From: an uncultured bacterium
GTDB lineage: Bacteria; Desulfobacterota; BSN033; UBA1163
NCBI GenBank assembly: GCA_938002255.1
Contig: CALLAL010000016.1
Coordinates: 75,038 to 139,037 of the forward strand
Direction: 5' to 3'
Length of the DNA: 64,000 nt
In this document: positions 1 through 9,675 of the stretch, piece after piece
Position numbering within the stretch: position 1 is the first letter of the stretch
How the letters are laid out: each line of letters opens with the position of its first letter
Made by a program: the position numbers and the translations under genes
The notes under the pieces: model-generated
What the model saw: the letters and a program-made list of their open reading frames with translations, nothing else
What the model was told of the DNA's origin: nothing
Database searches by the model: none

Positions 1-105
1 AAGAAGATTAAATTTTTTTAATTCTATAGCACTCCCTTAAATCGTTGTCAAGAATTTTTTTAATTTTTTCAAAAAAGATTGTTCGCTGAAATGAGAATGT
101 ATTAT

Positions 106-1704
106 TTATTGAGATAAGTTAAAGAAAAGAATTGAACTTGTTCCTTTTTGACCGATAGCCCCTTCAGATTGAGAATCAACGACACCTACCACAAGATCAT
201 CATTTCCGTCATGATCTGCATCTTTTACCTGAAAATCCGAAAGATACCCTGTAATTTCTCTTGTTTTCCAGGATGGGGTAAGGAGACCCTGATCCCAGAC
301 CAGGGAGTAGATTTCCCCACTCTCATATCTCTTCGCTTTTTCAAACAATCCCATAGAGGAATAATTTCTATTAATGATAATCTCATTTAACCCATCTCCA
401 TCGAGATCTCTCACAAGGATTCTTTTAGGAATGAAGACTCGAAACGGTGGTGCATCCTGAGGCCTATATCCATCGGGTATCTTTTTGCGGGTATCGTAGA
501 AATTAGCCGTTCCTCCAAAACGTTCTCTTCCAGACCAAACCGGTTTGCCGTCAGGGGAGAGAAGGATGATTTTGTCCAAACGGTCTAACGTTACTACTTC
601 TAACTTTCCTTCTCCACGAATATCGGCGAGGGCGAAGCCAAATATCTTCATATCTTTTGGCAAACTGAGTTTGGGACCTCTTTCAAACGTATTCTTTTTC
701 CAAAGAAATCTATAGATAGGGCCGGAAAAGACTCCATCGGCTCCCATCTGCTGTCCTATTAACACAGGGCCCTCTTTGGGATGCTCAAGCACTCTGAAGA
801 ACCAGCCTGCCTTTCGGGTAATGGTCCTGAATTGACCCTGTTCAAATTCAATGATTAAGGATTGAAGATTATCTTCAATGACCGATGTCACAATGATCTC
901 TGCGAATCCGTTACGGTTCACATCCGACACGTCAAGCGTGAGAAAGTTATGCTGGTACCCAGCCTCGATCTTCCGAAAGAGACTCAATTTATCTCCATCA
1001 TATTTAAAAACGTAGATATTGTGGTGATCAATCACTACCACTTCATTCTTCTTGTCTCCATCCACATCACCTATGTCGATTCCTTTAATTTTGAAATTAA
1101 AGGTCTGGCTTTTTTTGAATCCAAAATCGCCCTGACCGATTCGCCCGAACTCCCTCTCGGGTCTTATCAGATAGGGATGCCGCGTATCCGTAGGGCGGCC
1201 GGTTGGAATGCGACGGCCCAGAATCCTGAATCCAATATCCTGGGCAAAATCTCCGATTTTTGTCATCACATCGTCGATGCCTTTATGCTGGGTGTAGGCG
1301 GCAAGGGGAGGCTTGTCGTCCGTAATAGGAATGAGTCTGGCATCAAGACTGATGTAGTTGCCGATCTTCGTGATGCTCCCGAGGACAACATAGTCGGCGC
1401 CGGCTCTCTCCCCGACCTGTTTTGCCACGGCTTCATCAAGGCGCATGGGTCTTATTTCCCAGAGAATTCTCTCGACGATCGTACGTTCAATGACGATGAT
1501 TCTTCCTTCCACCGTGATTCTGGAGGTCAAAATGTCGTTTATGCCTTCTCTTAGGTAGTCAAGATTTTCTTGACTGTGGATGATGAAAGGGAGAATAGCC
1601 ACTTTATAGACTTTAGAAGCGTCTTGGGGCTGGCCAAAAGAGTGGGAGGAAAGAATGAGGAGGGAGAGTAAAAAGAAAATAATGAAGATCGATTTAAATT
1701 TCAT
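106..1704 (-). CDS. Secreted FG-GAP/VCBS-repeat protein with an N-terminal signal peptide
   Basis: Hydrophobic N-terminus (MKFKSIFIIFFLLSLLILSS). Repeated DxDGDxxxE(I/V)(I/V) motifs (DVDGDKKNEVVVID, DLDGDGLNEIIIN) typical of FG-GAP / integrin-alpha-like beta-propeller repeats. Confidence 0.5.
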   Translation of the reverse strand: MKFKSIFIIFFLLSLLILSSHSFGQPQDASKVYKVAILPFIIHSQENLDYLREGINDILTSRITVEGRIIVIERTIVERILWEIRPMRLDEAVAKQVGERAGADYVVLGSITKIGNYISLDARLIPITDDKPPLAAYTQHKGIDDVMTKIGDFAQDIGFRILGRRIPTGRPTDTRHPYLIRPEREFGRIGQGDFGFKKSQTFNFKIKGIDIGDVDGDKKNEVVVIDHHNIYVFKYDGDKLSLFRKIEAGYQHNFLTLDVSDVNRNGFAEIIVTSVIEDNLQSLIIEFEQGQFRTITRKAGWFFRVLEHPKEGPVLIGQQMGADGVFSGPIYRFLWKKNTFERGPKLSLPKDMKIFGFALADIRGEGKLEVVTLDRLDKIILLSPDGKPVWSGRERFGGTANFYDTRKKIPDGYRPQDAPPFRVFIPKRILVRDLDGDGLNEIIINRNYSSMGLFEKAKRYESGEIYSLVWDQGLLTPSWKTREITGYLSDFQVKDADHDGNDDLVVGVVDSQSEGAIGQKGTSSILFFNLSQ

Positions 1705-2190
1705 TGAAGTTCCTTTCCTTAATATCTATTAAAAACCTGAAATGGTAAACATCGTCTACTCACTTTGAGTATTTGGCCAATGCTATATCCCTTTGCCAAT
1801 TTAAAGTCGTCTTTGCAAAAGATTTTAAGTGGATTTAAAGGGTTTGTCAAATGAGATTTTTATAAATAAACAAGGATTTAGGTTAGTGCTTTTAGGGTAG
1901 AGAAATTGGATTGGACATTAGATCTGAAGTCTTGACTGGATCTGTTTTCTCCATTCCTGTAATTCTTTAACCTGTGATTCGAGGTCTGAAAGGCGTTTGT
2001 CCAAGCTCGGAGAATGACAGTTTGATCAAAGCGCGGGTCTCAAGGTGCTGACGTTCGTTTTCCTTTTCTATATGGTCAAGTCTTGATTCCATATGGTCAA
2101 GTTTGGTTTCAACTCGATCCAACCTTGTCTCCACGTGCTCCTTGACAAAAATGGCTTCGTCAAGACCTTTTAAGGAATGGTGCCCTTGTA

Positions 2191-3576
2191 TTATTTGTTA
2201 ATTTTAGAATGAGAGACGATGAGCTGAATTTCGGTAAGACGGTTGAGCAACGATCCATTGGGACCCTCTTTGCCGAGGTCTAAATCGGTAACAACGACCT
2301 TTCCGATTTTCTGATACTTAGAGCCTGATTGCCCACCTGTTTGAATGCCCCAGATGCCGTGGATCGCATAGTGTTTTCCTTCATGTTTACCAAGATAAAG
2401 CATGATGTGGCCGGGCATCCGGAGAAGAGTAGCTAATGGGGGGGCCTTATCGAGAATTTTCTTCTTTTCCTCCATGGTCTTTCCTTCGAGTGGTCCCAAA
2501 GAAACCCCCATTTTAGCCTGGAGGTTTGAATTCCGGGGCATCAGAATGCCAAAGGAATTAAAAATATCCATAATAAAGCGTGAACAATCTCTTCCCCCGG
2601 TTTTTTCTCCCCAGCTATAAGGTTCATGAAGCATCTTAAATGCTTGAAGAGCCAAGTTTTTCTGGGTGTAAGGGAGATAATCCAGATGGGTATCCGCATG
2701 AACCGGGATGTACCCATTTCGAAAGATCAGATGGCCATCAGCTTCTTTGAATGGCAATCGAACTGTGTAGCATGGGTTGGCTATTTGTACCAGTCCAGGA
2801 TCACGAAGCTTTTGAAAAACAGTTCCCATCTGTGCCGAGAAGGCAGGCTGGGTGCATTGAGAATCATCGAAAACGTTTACAAAACTGCCGGTGACGACCA
2901 ATGGTTCTTTTGTTTCGCTTCGGTCAAACAACTGATTTTTGTCTTTCCCGATCGCCAGATCTCGCATCCGAATCCAACCCCGAATAAAGGGCGTTTGCAC
3001 ATAAGCCCAGTGCGTATCTCGGCTGAAATAATAAATTCCTACGGGGGAAGCTGGAGCAATAGCGGAGTGCTGAAAGAGGTCCATGTCAGCACTGGCAGGA
3101 GTGGGCATGGAGGGTTCGTCCGTGGGAAAGACTCGAATGTCTGTCCTCTTTACAGTCATCCCGAAAAGAAGCCGATTTTTCTCTTTTAATCCATCATGAT
3201 GAATTTTTTCATTGATTAGACTCCAGAAAGAATCCTTTAGAGGTGTCCCATGTCTTCCATATTGAGGCTGGCGTGAGTTTCCAAAATTTTTCCAATCCTC
3301 TATTAAGAAAGAACGTATTTCTTCTCTGCTCCATTCTTCCTTCATCTCTTTCATATTATAAAGTTGGAGTTCTTGCCTTTTTAGGCTTGTTTCATTCAGG
3401 ATATTAATTTCAGAGGGGGTTAAAAGAAGGAGGTTTGGGTTTTGGATTTTATTGATCCAGAACAGAGGGTCTTCCATCCCATTGGAAAAGGCATGGTTTG
3501 GAAAATGGATTTGAATCAAAATGGTTACCAAAAGGTGAAAAAAAATTTTTATAAGACTCATCGATTCCCTTGACAA
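2191..3576 (-). CDS. NlpC/P60 (C40) family peptidase with N-terminal SH3b-like region, secreted
   Basis: C-terminal catalytic block GGRDCSRFIMDIFNSFGI ... HIMLYLG ... H matches the NlpC/P60 Cys-His core (YkfC-like). N-terminal hydrophobic segment. Confidence 0.55.
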   Translation of the reverse strand: MSRESMSLIKIFFHLLVTILIQIHFPNHAFSNGMEDPLFWINKIQNPNLLLLTPSEINILNETSLKRQELQLYNMKEMKEEWSREEIRSFLIEDWKNFGNSRQPQYGRHGTPLKDSFWSLINEKIHHDGLKEKNRLLFGMTVKRTDIRVFPTDEPSMPTPASADMDLFQHSAIAPASPVGIYYFSRDTHWAYVQTPFIRGWIRMRDLAIGKDKNQLFDRSETKEPLVVTGSFVNVFDDSQCTQPAFSAQMGTVFQKLRDPGLVQIANPCYTVRLPFKEADGHLIFRNGYIPVHADTHLDYLPYTQKNLALQAFKMLHEPYSWGEKTGGRDCSRFIMDIFNSFGILMPRNSNLQAKMGVSLGPLEGKTMEEKKKILDKAPPLATLLRMPGHIMLYLGKHEGKHYAIHGIWGIQTGGQSGSKYQKIGKVVVTDLDLGKEGPNGSLLNRLTEIQLIVSHSKINK

Positions 3577-3629
3577 ATTTTATTTTACATTTTAAATTTT
3601 TATTATCTCGATTGGTTTTGTACCAAAGC

Positions 3630-3660
3630 GAGTTACCCCCAAGTGGTAACTCTTTTTTTT
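3630..3660 (+). terminator. Intrinsic-terminator-like hairpin (8-bp stem GAGTTACC/GGTAACTC, 7-nt loop, T8 tail)
   Basis: Sequence gagttacc-cccaagt-ggtaactc followed by tttttttt. A TTGACA box lies at 3570-3575 upstream and the RBS and ATG of the next gene lie downstream. Confidence 0.4.
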
Positions 3661-3742
3661 GTGTTTTACGAGGGATTTAAAAAAGTTTTTGATTTCAATA
3701 AGTTTAAAACTTAATGCCATAAGGAAAGGAGGATTGGTTGTC

Positions 3743-4030
3743 ATGCTTTGTCAAACCATCAAGCCGGGAACAGAATGCATCTTCATGAAGAAGAGCGGCT
3801 GTTCCTACAACGGTGGGAGATGTTATCCCATCGTGGAGTCCTGCAAAGGATGCGACCGGGTGGTGACTTATGAGACAGGTTCTTATTGCAAAACTTATTG
3901 CGAACCCAGTCTCAAATGGACCAAGGGATCCTGCAATTTCGCCACCCACATCAAGAAAGAGGTCAAGGAAGACACTTTCAAACTGAATCCTTTAAAGGCC
4001 TCCAAACGAAACGTCAGCCAGAGGATTTAG
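3743..4030 (+). CDS. Small Cys-rich protein (9 Cys in about 95 aa), function unknown
   Basis: ORF 3659..4030, with start placed at ATG 3743 preceded by GGAAAGGAGG RBS (3723-3732). Cys pattern includes CxxC (CKGCD). No recognisable family. Confidence 0.45.
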   Translation: MLCQTIKPGTECIFMKKSGCSYNGGRCYPIVESCKGCDRVVTYETGSYCKTYCEPSLKWTKGSCNFATHIKKEVKEDTFKLNPLKASKRNVSQRI

Positions 4031-4069
4031 AATCTTTCTCTGATGTCTTTTAGTTAGAGCCCTCCATAT

Positions 4070-5059
4070 TTAAGATGGAGGGCTTTTCTTTTTCTTTCTC
4101 TCCTTGAATGAATTTAGAGAGGCCCAACAAAAAAGAGCCGTTAAGCCACAGACTAAAAAGATCACCATGTGAACCCCAAAACCACTGGAGATGGCCTCCT
4201 CTTTTGAAAGTCCAACGATTAGGAATCCAGCAGCCCATCCCGCTTCAAGGGTTCCCCAATTCCCAAGACCGCTGATCGGCAAAGCGTTGGCAATGATTGC
4301 AATCGTTGACCCGAACACAAGCTTTACCAATGAGACCTCGAGCCCAAATCCCCTCATCAACGCATAAAAAACAAAAAAGATAGCTACCCATGATCCCAGG
4401 CTGACCAGACTTACAGAACAATAGGTTTTTCTCGCTTGAATCGCATAAAAATCTTCTGCAATTTGGTGAATCTTTCTTTGAATCCACTGGATCGCCTTTC
4501 TATTTCTTAATCCGGCCCACTCCCCTATTTTTCCGATCAGAAAGGAACCCGCTGTGAGAATATTCGTGATATAAAAAAAGGCAACCAGGACGAAGAAAAG
4601 GAGAAGAACGGAGAAGAAGATGGTTAGGAGAAGATTCATTTGGAAAAACCCCTTGAATCCAACGAGGGTAAAAATAAAGATCATCAAAACAATCAAGAAG
4701 TCATAAACCCTCGATGCGATCAAAGAAGCCAGACCTTCGGTTAATCCCATTCCACTCCGTCTGTTTAAAAAATAGGGATAAGAAAGTTCTCCTAATTTAG
4801 AGGGGAGAACCATTAAGGATAAATGGTAAAGGACAGTGATTCTGAACAGTTCTGAAAGAAGAATGTTACTTGAGTGAATCAGCCATTTGAATCTCAAGGC
4901 ACGCAGGAAAAGAGCAAGTAGGTAAGATGCTGACCCCAGGACGACCCAGATTGGATCCATCTCAACAAGAAGTCGATATAGATCTCTGAAGGAGATTTGG
5001 GTAAAAAGAGTAATGAGAATGACAAGGGTTATCAAAAGAGAGAGAAGAAATCTTTTCAA
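4070..5059 (-). CDS. Flippase-like / lysylphosphatidylglycerol-synthase TM-domain (UPF0104) membrane protein
   Basis: Multi-TM protein. The N-terminal pattern MKRFLLSLLITLVILIT...FRDLYRLL...WVVLGSASYLLALFLRALRFKWLI is characteristic of the LPG_synthase_TM / flippase-like domain. Confidence 0.5.
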   Translation of the reverse strand: MKRFLLSLLITLVILITLFTQISFRDLYRLLVEMDPIWVVLGSASYLLALFLRALRFKWLIHSSNILLSELFRITVLYHLSLMVLPSKLGELSYPYFLNRRSGMGLTEGLASLIASRVYDFLIVLMIFIFTLVGFKGFFQMNLLLTIFFSVLLLFFVLVAFFYITNILTAGSFLIGKIGEWAGLRNRKAIQWIQRKIHQIAEDFYAIQARKTYCSVSLVSLGSWVAIFFVFYALMRGFGLEVSLVKLVFGSTIAIIANALPISGLGNWGTLEAGWAAGFLIVGLSKEEAISSGFGVHMVIFLVCGLTALFCWASLNSFKERKKKKSPPS

Positions 5060-5078
5060 AGGGGAGGATTCAACCTAT

Positions 5079-5546
5079 TCAAGAAAGGATTTTAATGCGA
5101 TTTTCTAATTCTTCAATTCGATTCTGAAGGAGCGAAGCTCTTTGTTTGAGGTCCGCTACTTCCTTTTGAAGATGTTCTTTGAGATCTATTTCTTTGTCCA
5201 GTTTCCCTTCGATTCTTTCGAGGTGTTTCTCAACTCCATCGAGGCGACCCTCGACCTTATCAAGGCGTTTATCAACCCCATCAAGACGAATTTCCACATG
5301 ACCAAGCCTTTTCTCAACTCCATCAAGGTGTTCCTCAATCCTCTGGATGGAAAAAGTAATGGTGTGGTATTCAGTCTCAAGCCGATCCAGTCGGTGATAA
5401 ATTTGGTCAAAGTGATTAAGAAGGTCAGCGAACTTCCTGTCGTGCTCTTCGAGTTTTTCGTTGATTTTATTGAATTGAGGTTCGATGACCTTTCCATAAA
5501 ATTCAATAAGGGTATCGGCCAAATCTTTCTTCGTAAGGAGGTCCAT
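5079..5546 (-). CDS. Coiled-coil protein with heptad repeats VExRLDx
   Basis: ORF 5079..5726 trimmed to internal ATG (MDLLTKKD, RBS AAGGA upstream) because the upstream 60 codons lie inside the repeat element at 5621-5845. Repeats VEKRLGH/VEIRLDG/VDKRLDK/VEGRLDG/VEKHLER/IEGKLDK. Confidence 0.5.
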   Translation of the reverse strand: MDLLTKKDLADTLIEFYGKVIEPQFNKINEKLEEHDRKFADLLNHFDQIYHRLDRLETEYHTITFSIQRIEEHLDGVEKRLGHVEIRLDGVDKRLDKVEGRLDGVEKHLERIEGKLDKEIDLKEHLQKEVADLKQRASLLQNRIEELENRIKILS

Positions 5547-5620
5547 CACGCATCCTTCATTTTCTTGTAGACAAACCTTATCACAATTTTTATTTTTGGT
5601 CAATCCTTTATGAAAACATT

Positions 5621-5845
5621 GTAACCCGTCAGTGATGGGGTGTGTTCGGTTTAAAAGGGTTGGAACGTTCCCCCTCCAAAACCTTGAATAGCGGTTATAA
5701 AAGGTTATCCTCATCGAAGGCCTCATGCCCTTTGAATCGGATTTTTTTAAATCAGATTGGGTCGTTTGACGAACAGAGGTTTCGCTTCAAGGTTTTTCCG
5801 AAGCAACCTCCCAACCCTTTTTTATTTCTTTAACTGAGGGGTTAC
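5621..5845 (+). mobile_element. MITE-like non-coding repeat, copy 1 (225 bp, 13-bp TIRs, 8-bp TSD AAAACATT)
   Basis: Left end GTAACCCGTCAGT and right end ACTGAGGGGTTAC are inverted repeats. Identical 8-mers AAAACATT flank it at 5613-5620 and 5846-5853. About 90% identical to copies at 14282-14507 and 29867-30091. Confidence 0.7.
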
Positions 5846-5963
5846 AAAACATTAAAAACTACTTCTCATCCTCTCATATCTATGTCATTCATCTTGATTC
5901 GATCTAATCATTGATCGGAGATTGACGGTTGTTTTAAAAAATGATACATAAGAATCAAACAAG

Positions 5964-6016
<53 letters not shown>

Positions 6017-6038
<22 letters not shown>

Positions 6039-7600
6039 ATTCCACTTGATCTTCCATAGGTTTCAGTCATTTCCAATAACATCTCTCCGTGGGAGGAAGT
6101 TAACTGCTCAGGTAAACATCTCCACTCCCAATTTCCTAATGGGGTGGCTGGACGGTTCATCCTGCCCTCTTGTCCCAACCTTAATATATCTTGAAGAGGA
6201 ATAATCATCAGGTCAGCCACAGACATCATTCCGAGACGAATGAGTTCAGTTGGAAATTGTTCTGAGGTTATTTCTCTTCCAAGATATCGAAAGACTCTTT
6301 TTTTATCTTCGGAAGATGCTTCTTGTTCGAACCATCCTCTCGCTGTATTGTTGTCGTGCGTTCCGGTATAGACGATGGTATGGGATATATAATTATGAGG
6401 GAGATAGGGGTGGGTTGGAGAGTCTTCCCCGAAGGCGAATTGAAGGACTCGCATGCCAGGGAAACCAAACCGATTCATGACCTCTTTCACATCCGGAGTG
6501 ATGATTCCAAGATCCTCTGCGATGAAGGAAGAGACCGGAAATTTTTTAAGGAGAGCAGTGAAAAAATCGTTTGCGGGTGCTTCGACCCATTTTCCGTTGA
6601 TGGCCGTTTTCTCTTCAGGAGCGATTTCCCAGAAACCGACGAACCCCCTGAAATGATCGAGACGTAAGACATCAAACAGACAGAGATTATGGGCAATACG
6701 ATCAAACCACCACTGGTAACCGGTCTGCTGCAGACAGTCCCATCGGAAGGTGGGATTTCCCCAAAGCTGGCCGGTTTTGCTAAAATAGTCCGGAGGGACA
6801 CCTGCTACTCCCAGAGGTTTTTTTTCACCATCCAGATTAAAGATTTCAGGGTGTGCCCACACATCAGCACTGTCATAGTTGACATAAATGGGGATATCGC
6901 CGATGAGTCGGACCCCTCGTTGATGGCAATCCTTTTTTAATGAGTACCACTGGATGAAGAAAAGATACTGGTAGAACTTTTCACGCTCGATATCCTCCTC
7001 CAGGCTTTTCTGAATCTCTTTGAGATAGCCAGAATTCCTGTCCCTCAGTTCTTTTTCCCATGTTCTCCAGGGCTTCCCTTTCAGGTGTTTCTTTAACGTC
7101 ACAAAAAGGGCAAAATCATCCAGCCATTTTATATTCTCCTGGCAGAATCTTTCGAAGTCGCCTGTTGCATTTGGGTGGTTTTTGAATGAATCGTAGGCGA
7201 GACGAAGCAGTCGAGATTTATATGGAATGACCACGTCAAAGTCACAACGTCCTTCTGGAAATGGAGGGATGGAGTCTATCTGCTGTTTGTTAAGAAACCC
7301 GGATTGGAATAAGAGTTCCGGACTGATGAGCAGGGGGTTGCCGGCAAAGGCAGAAGGAGTGCTATACGGAGAGTTCCCGTATGCTGGATCCGTTGGGTTA
7401 AGAGGCAGAACCTGCCAGTAGCTCTGTTTTGTCTGAGATAGAAAATCGATAAATCGTTGGGCTGAAGCACCCAAATCGCCAATGCCGAAAGGGGAGGGTA
7501 AGGAGGTAATATGAAGGAGGATGCCACTCGATCTTCTTAACATACATTTAATCTCAGGATGACCTTCGATGGCATTGATGATGGAGTTCATTATATCCAA
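6017..7600 (-). CDS. malQ: 4-alpha-glucanotransferase (amylomaltase, GH77)
   Basis: GH77 signatures GILLHITSLPSPFGIGDLG, LPLNPTDPAYGNSPYS, GDIPIYV and WGNPTFRWD. The 3' end overlaps tRNA-Thr on the opposite strand by about 22 nt. Confidence 0.8.
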
Positions 7601-7676
7601 ATTGAAAGAAGTTTACCAGATAGAGTAGAATATCCTATAATAGAGGCATGAAAAAACTCCGAAAGGAGGAGCATCT

Positions 7677-9119
7677 ATGAAATGGATCATCTTGTCACTT
7701 TATTCCCTCGCAGTGTTCACTTTCATTTCCTCATGTGCCGTCAATCCAGTCACCGGAAAACAGGAACTGATGCTTTTAAGCGAAAGGGATGAAATGAATC
7801 TGGGAAAAGAGACCGACGGAGACATTATCAGGCAATACGGGCTTTACGAGGACCCGAAATTAGCAGCCTATGTACAAGAGATGGCAAACCGAATGGGTCG
7901 CGTCTCCCATCGACCCCACCTGGCCTATGAGTGTAAAATCCTCGACGTTTCAGTCGTCAACGCCTTTGCTGTTCCTGGAGGGTTTGTTTACTTTACTCGA
8001 GGGATTTTAGCTGTTCTCAATAGCGAAGCAGAATTGGCTGGGGTGATGGGGCATGAAATAGGACATATCACTGCCCGTCATTCTGCCAGGCAATATAGCC
8101 GAGCCCAATTAGCCCAGTTAGGCTTAGGGTTAGGTTCGATATTTGTTGATTCCTCCATCGTAACAGGTTTAGCCCAGTTGGGAGTGGGCATGCTTTTTTT
8201 GAGATTCAGCAGAGACCATGAGAGAGAGGCGGATGATTTGGGGGTGGAGTATGCGAGCAAAGCCGGTTACGATGGTGCGGCGCTAGCTCGTTTCTTTGAG
8301 TCTCTCGAAAAACTGCACCCAGAATCGGACCGGAGTGGATTGCCGGGTTGGTTTTCAACTCACCCCAGTCCAGAAAACCGTATACCTGCTGTCCGGAACA
8401 AGGCTACAGAGTGGCAACAAAAATTGAACCAGAGAGAGTACCGAATCAATCGAGAGGGTTATCTGAAAATGATCGATGGTTTAATTTATGGGGACGATCC
8501 AAGACAGGGGTATGTGGCAGAGGGAGTTTTTTATCATCCCATCCTCCGATTTCAATTCCCGGTCCCCCCGAAATGGAAAGTGAACAACAAACCTTCCCAG
8601 GTCCAGATCGTCCATGAAAGTGGAGAGGCGTTGATCCTGTTTCTTATTGCTTCTGAAACGTCATCCAGAGACGCGGTTAGAGCTTTTGTATCAAAAAATA
8701 ATGCGAGCGTGATCAGGACGGAGACGGTTCAGGTCCACAGTCTTCCCGCCCAGCGACTTCTCGCCGACCTCCGAGCCCAGACAGATGTTTATCGGGTCCT
8801 TTCCTATTTTATCGAAAAGGATCGAAAGGTTTATGTATTCCATGGAATCAGTCCAATGAATCGGTTTCAGAATTATGGTAGAATTTTTGAGTCAACGATG
8901 GAGCGATTCAGAGAGCTGACCGATCCAAAACGGATTGACGTGAGACCCGACCGGATCAGGATCCAGATGGTCAGGATACCCGATACTCTGGAAAACAGTC
9001 TTCTGTCTTTAGGGATTTCAAAAGAAAGAATCAAAGAGATGGTTTTTTTGAACGGAGGAGATCCCAACCAATGGTTGACGGCCAACAGTCTGGTGAAGGT
9101 CGTGGAGAAGGGGCGATGA
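7677..9119 (+). CDS. M48 family zinc metallopeptidase, lipoprotein (BepA/Ste24-like)
   Basis: HEIGHITARH (HExxH) zinc motif. Signal peptide with lipobox FISSC. Confidence 0.7.
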   Translation: MKWIILSLYSLAVFTFISSCAVNPVTGKQELMLLSERDEMNLGKETDGDIIRQYGLYEDPKLAAYVQEMANRMGRVSHRPHLAYECKILDVSVVNAFAVPGGFVYFTRGILAVLNSEAELAGVMGHEIGHITARHSARQYSRAQLAQLGLGLGSIFVDSSIVTGLAQLGVGMLFLRFSRDHEREADDLGVEYASKAGYDGAALARFFESLEKLHPESDRSGLPGWFSTHPSPENRIPAVRNKATEWQQKLNQREYRINREGYLKMIDGLIYGDDPRQGYVAEGVFYHPILRFQFPVPPKWKVNNKPSQVQIVHESGEALILFLIASETSSRDAVRAFVSKNNASVIRTETVQVHSLPAQRLLADLRAQTDVYRVLSYFIEKDRKVYVFHGISPMNRFQNYGRIFESTMERFRELTDPKRIDVRPDRIRIQMVRIPDTLENSLLSLGISKERIKEMVFLNGGDPNQWLTANSLVKVVEKGR

Positions 9120-9589
9120 AGATTCGGCCATTAATGCCCAAAGATAGAGAAAGACTTCGAAAGATCATCGTCGAAACAGGCGTTTTTACCGAAGAAGAGG
9201 TCGGAGTTGCAATGGAGTTGATAGACATTGTCCTTAACAATGGCCGCCAAAGGGATTATCAAATCGTATGTGCGGTTGATACACAAGACCAAGCGATGGG
9301 ATATATCTGTTTTGGTCCTGTGCCCATGACTGAGGGATCATTTGATTTATACTGGATTGTGGTTGATCCAACCGCTCAGGGTCGGGAGATCGGATCAGGG
9401 CTAATCGACTATCTGGAAAAAGAGGTCAGGGAACGGGGCGGAAGGATGATTCTTGCAGATACCTCTTCCATTCCTTCTTATAAAAAGGCACAGAGGTTCT
9501 ATCAAAAAAAAGGATTTCAGGAAGTAGCAAGAATTACCGATTATTACTGGACGGGGAATGACCGGATTACGTATTGTAAAAAGTTATAG
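9116..9589 (+). CDS. GNAT family N-acetyltransferase
   Basis: Start moved to ATG 9116, overlapping the upstream stop (ATGA). GNAT acetyl-CoA motif region QGREIGSGLIDYLEKEVRERGGRMILADT. Confidence 0.6.
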   Translation: MKIRPLMPKDRERLRKIIVETGVFTEEEVGVAMELIDIVLNNGRQRDYQIVCAVDTQDQAMGYICFGPVPMTEGSFDLYWIVVDPTAQGREIGSGLIDYLEKEVRERGGRMILADTSSIPSYKKAQRFYQKKGFQEVARITDYYWTGNDRITYCKKL

Positions 9590-9675
9590 GTTTGAGGAGA
9601 TTCCATGGAGGGAGAAAAGGGCTTCAGAGCTCATGGGAAACCTTAACACTTTGTATCACAGAATAGGAGGAAAGC

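Noticed and set aside
862-1554. Antisense or embedded ORFs of 60-230 aa inside long genes (for example 862..1554, 2626..3189, 15519..15992, 15937..16638, 53532..54104, 62280..62918, 63507..63851)
   Set aside because: Each lies opposite or inside a gene with strong family support. They have low-complexity or atypical composition and no independent start context.
5642-5833. ORF-track ORFs inside the three repeat copies (5642..5833, 14271..14468 and 29830..30015) and the 60-codon N-terminal extension of 5079..5726 sharing the peptides ...TFYNRYSRFWRGNVPTLLNR... and ...KTLNSGYKRL...
   Set aside because: These are the same nucleotide repeat read in different frames. They have no RBS, the sequence is palindromic, and they lie within a TIR-bounded element. 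I interpret them as repeat artefacts rather than a conserved small protein family.
9071-9115. Upstream start (9071) for the GNAT gene
   Set aside because: It overlaps the M48 peptidase C-terminus. ATG 9116 directly overlaps the peptidase stop codon (ATGA), and the first 15 residues are Gly/Glu-rich and non-homologous.
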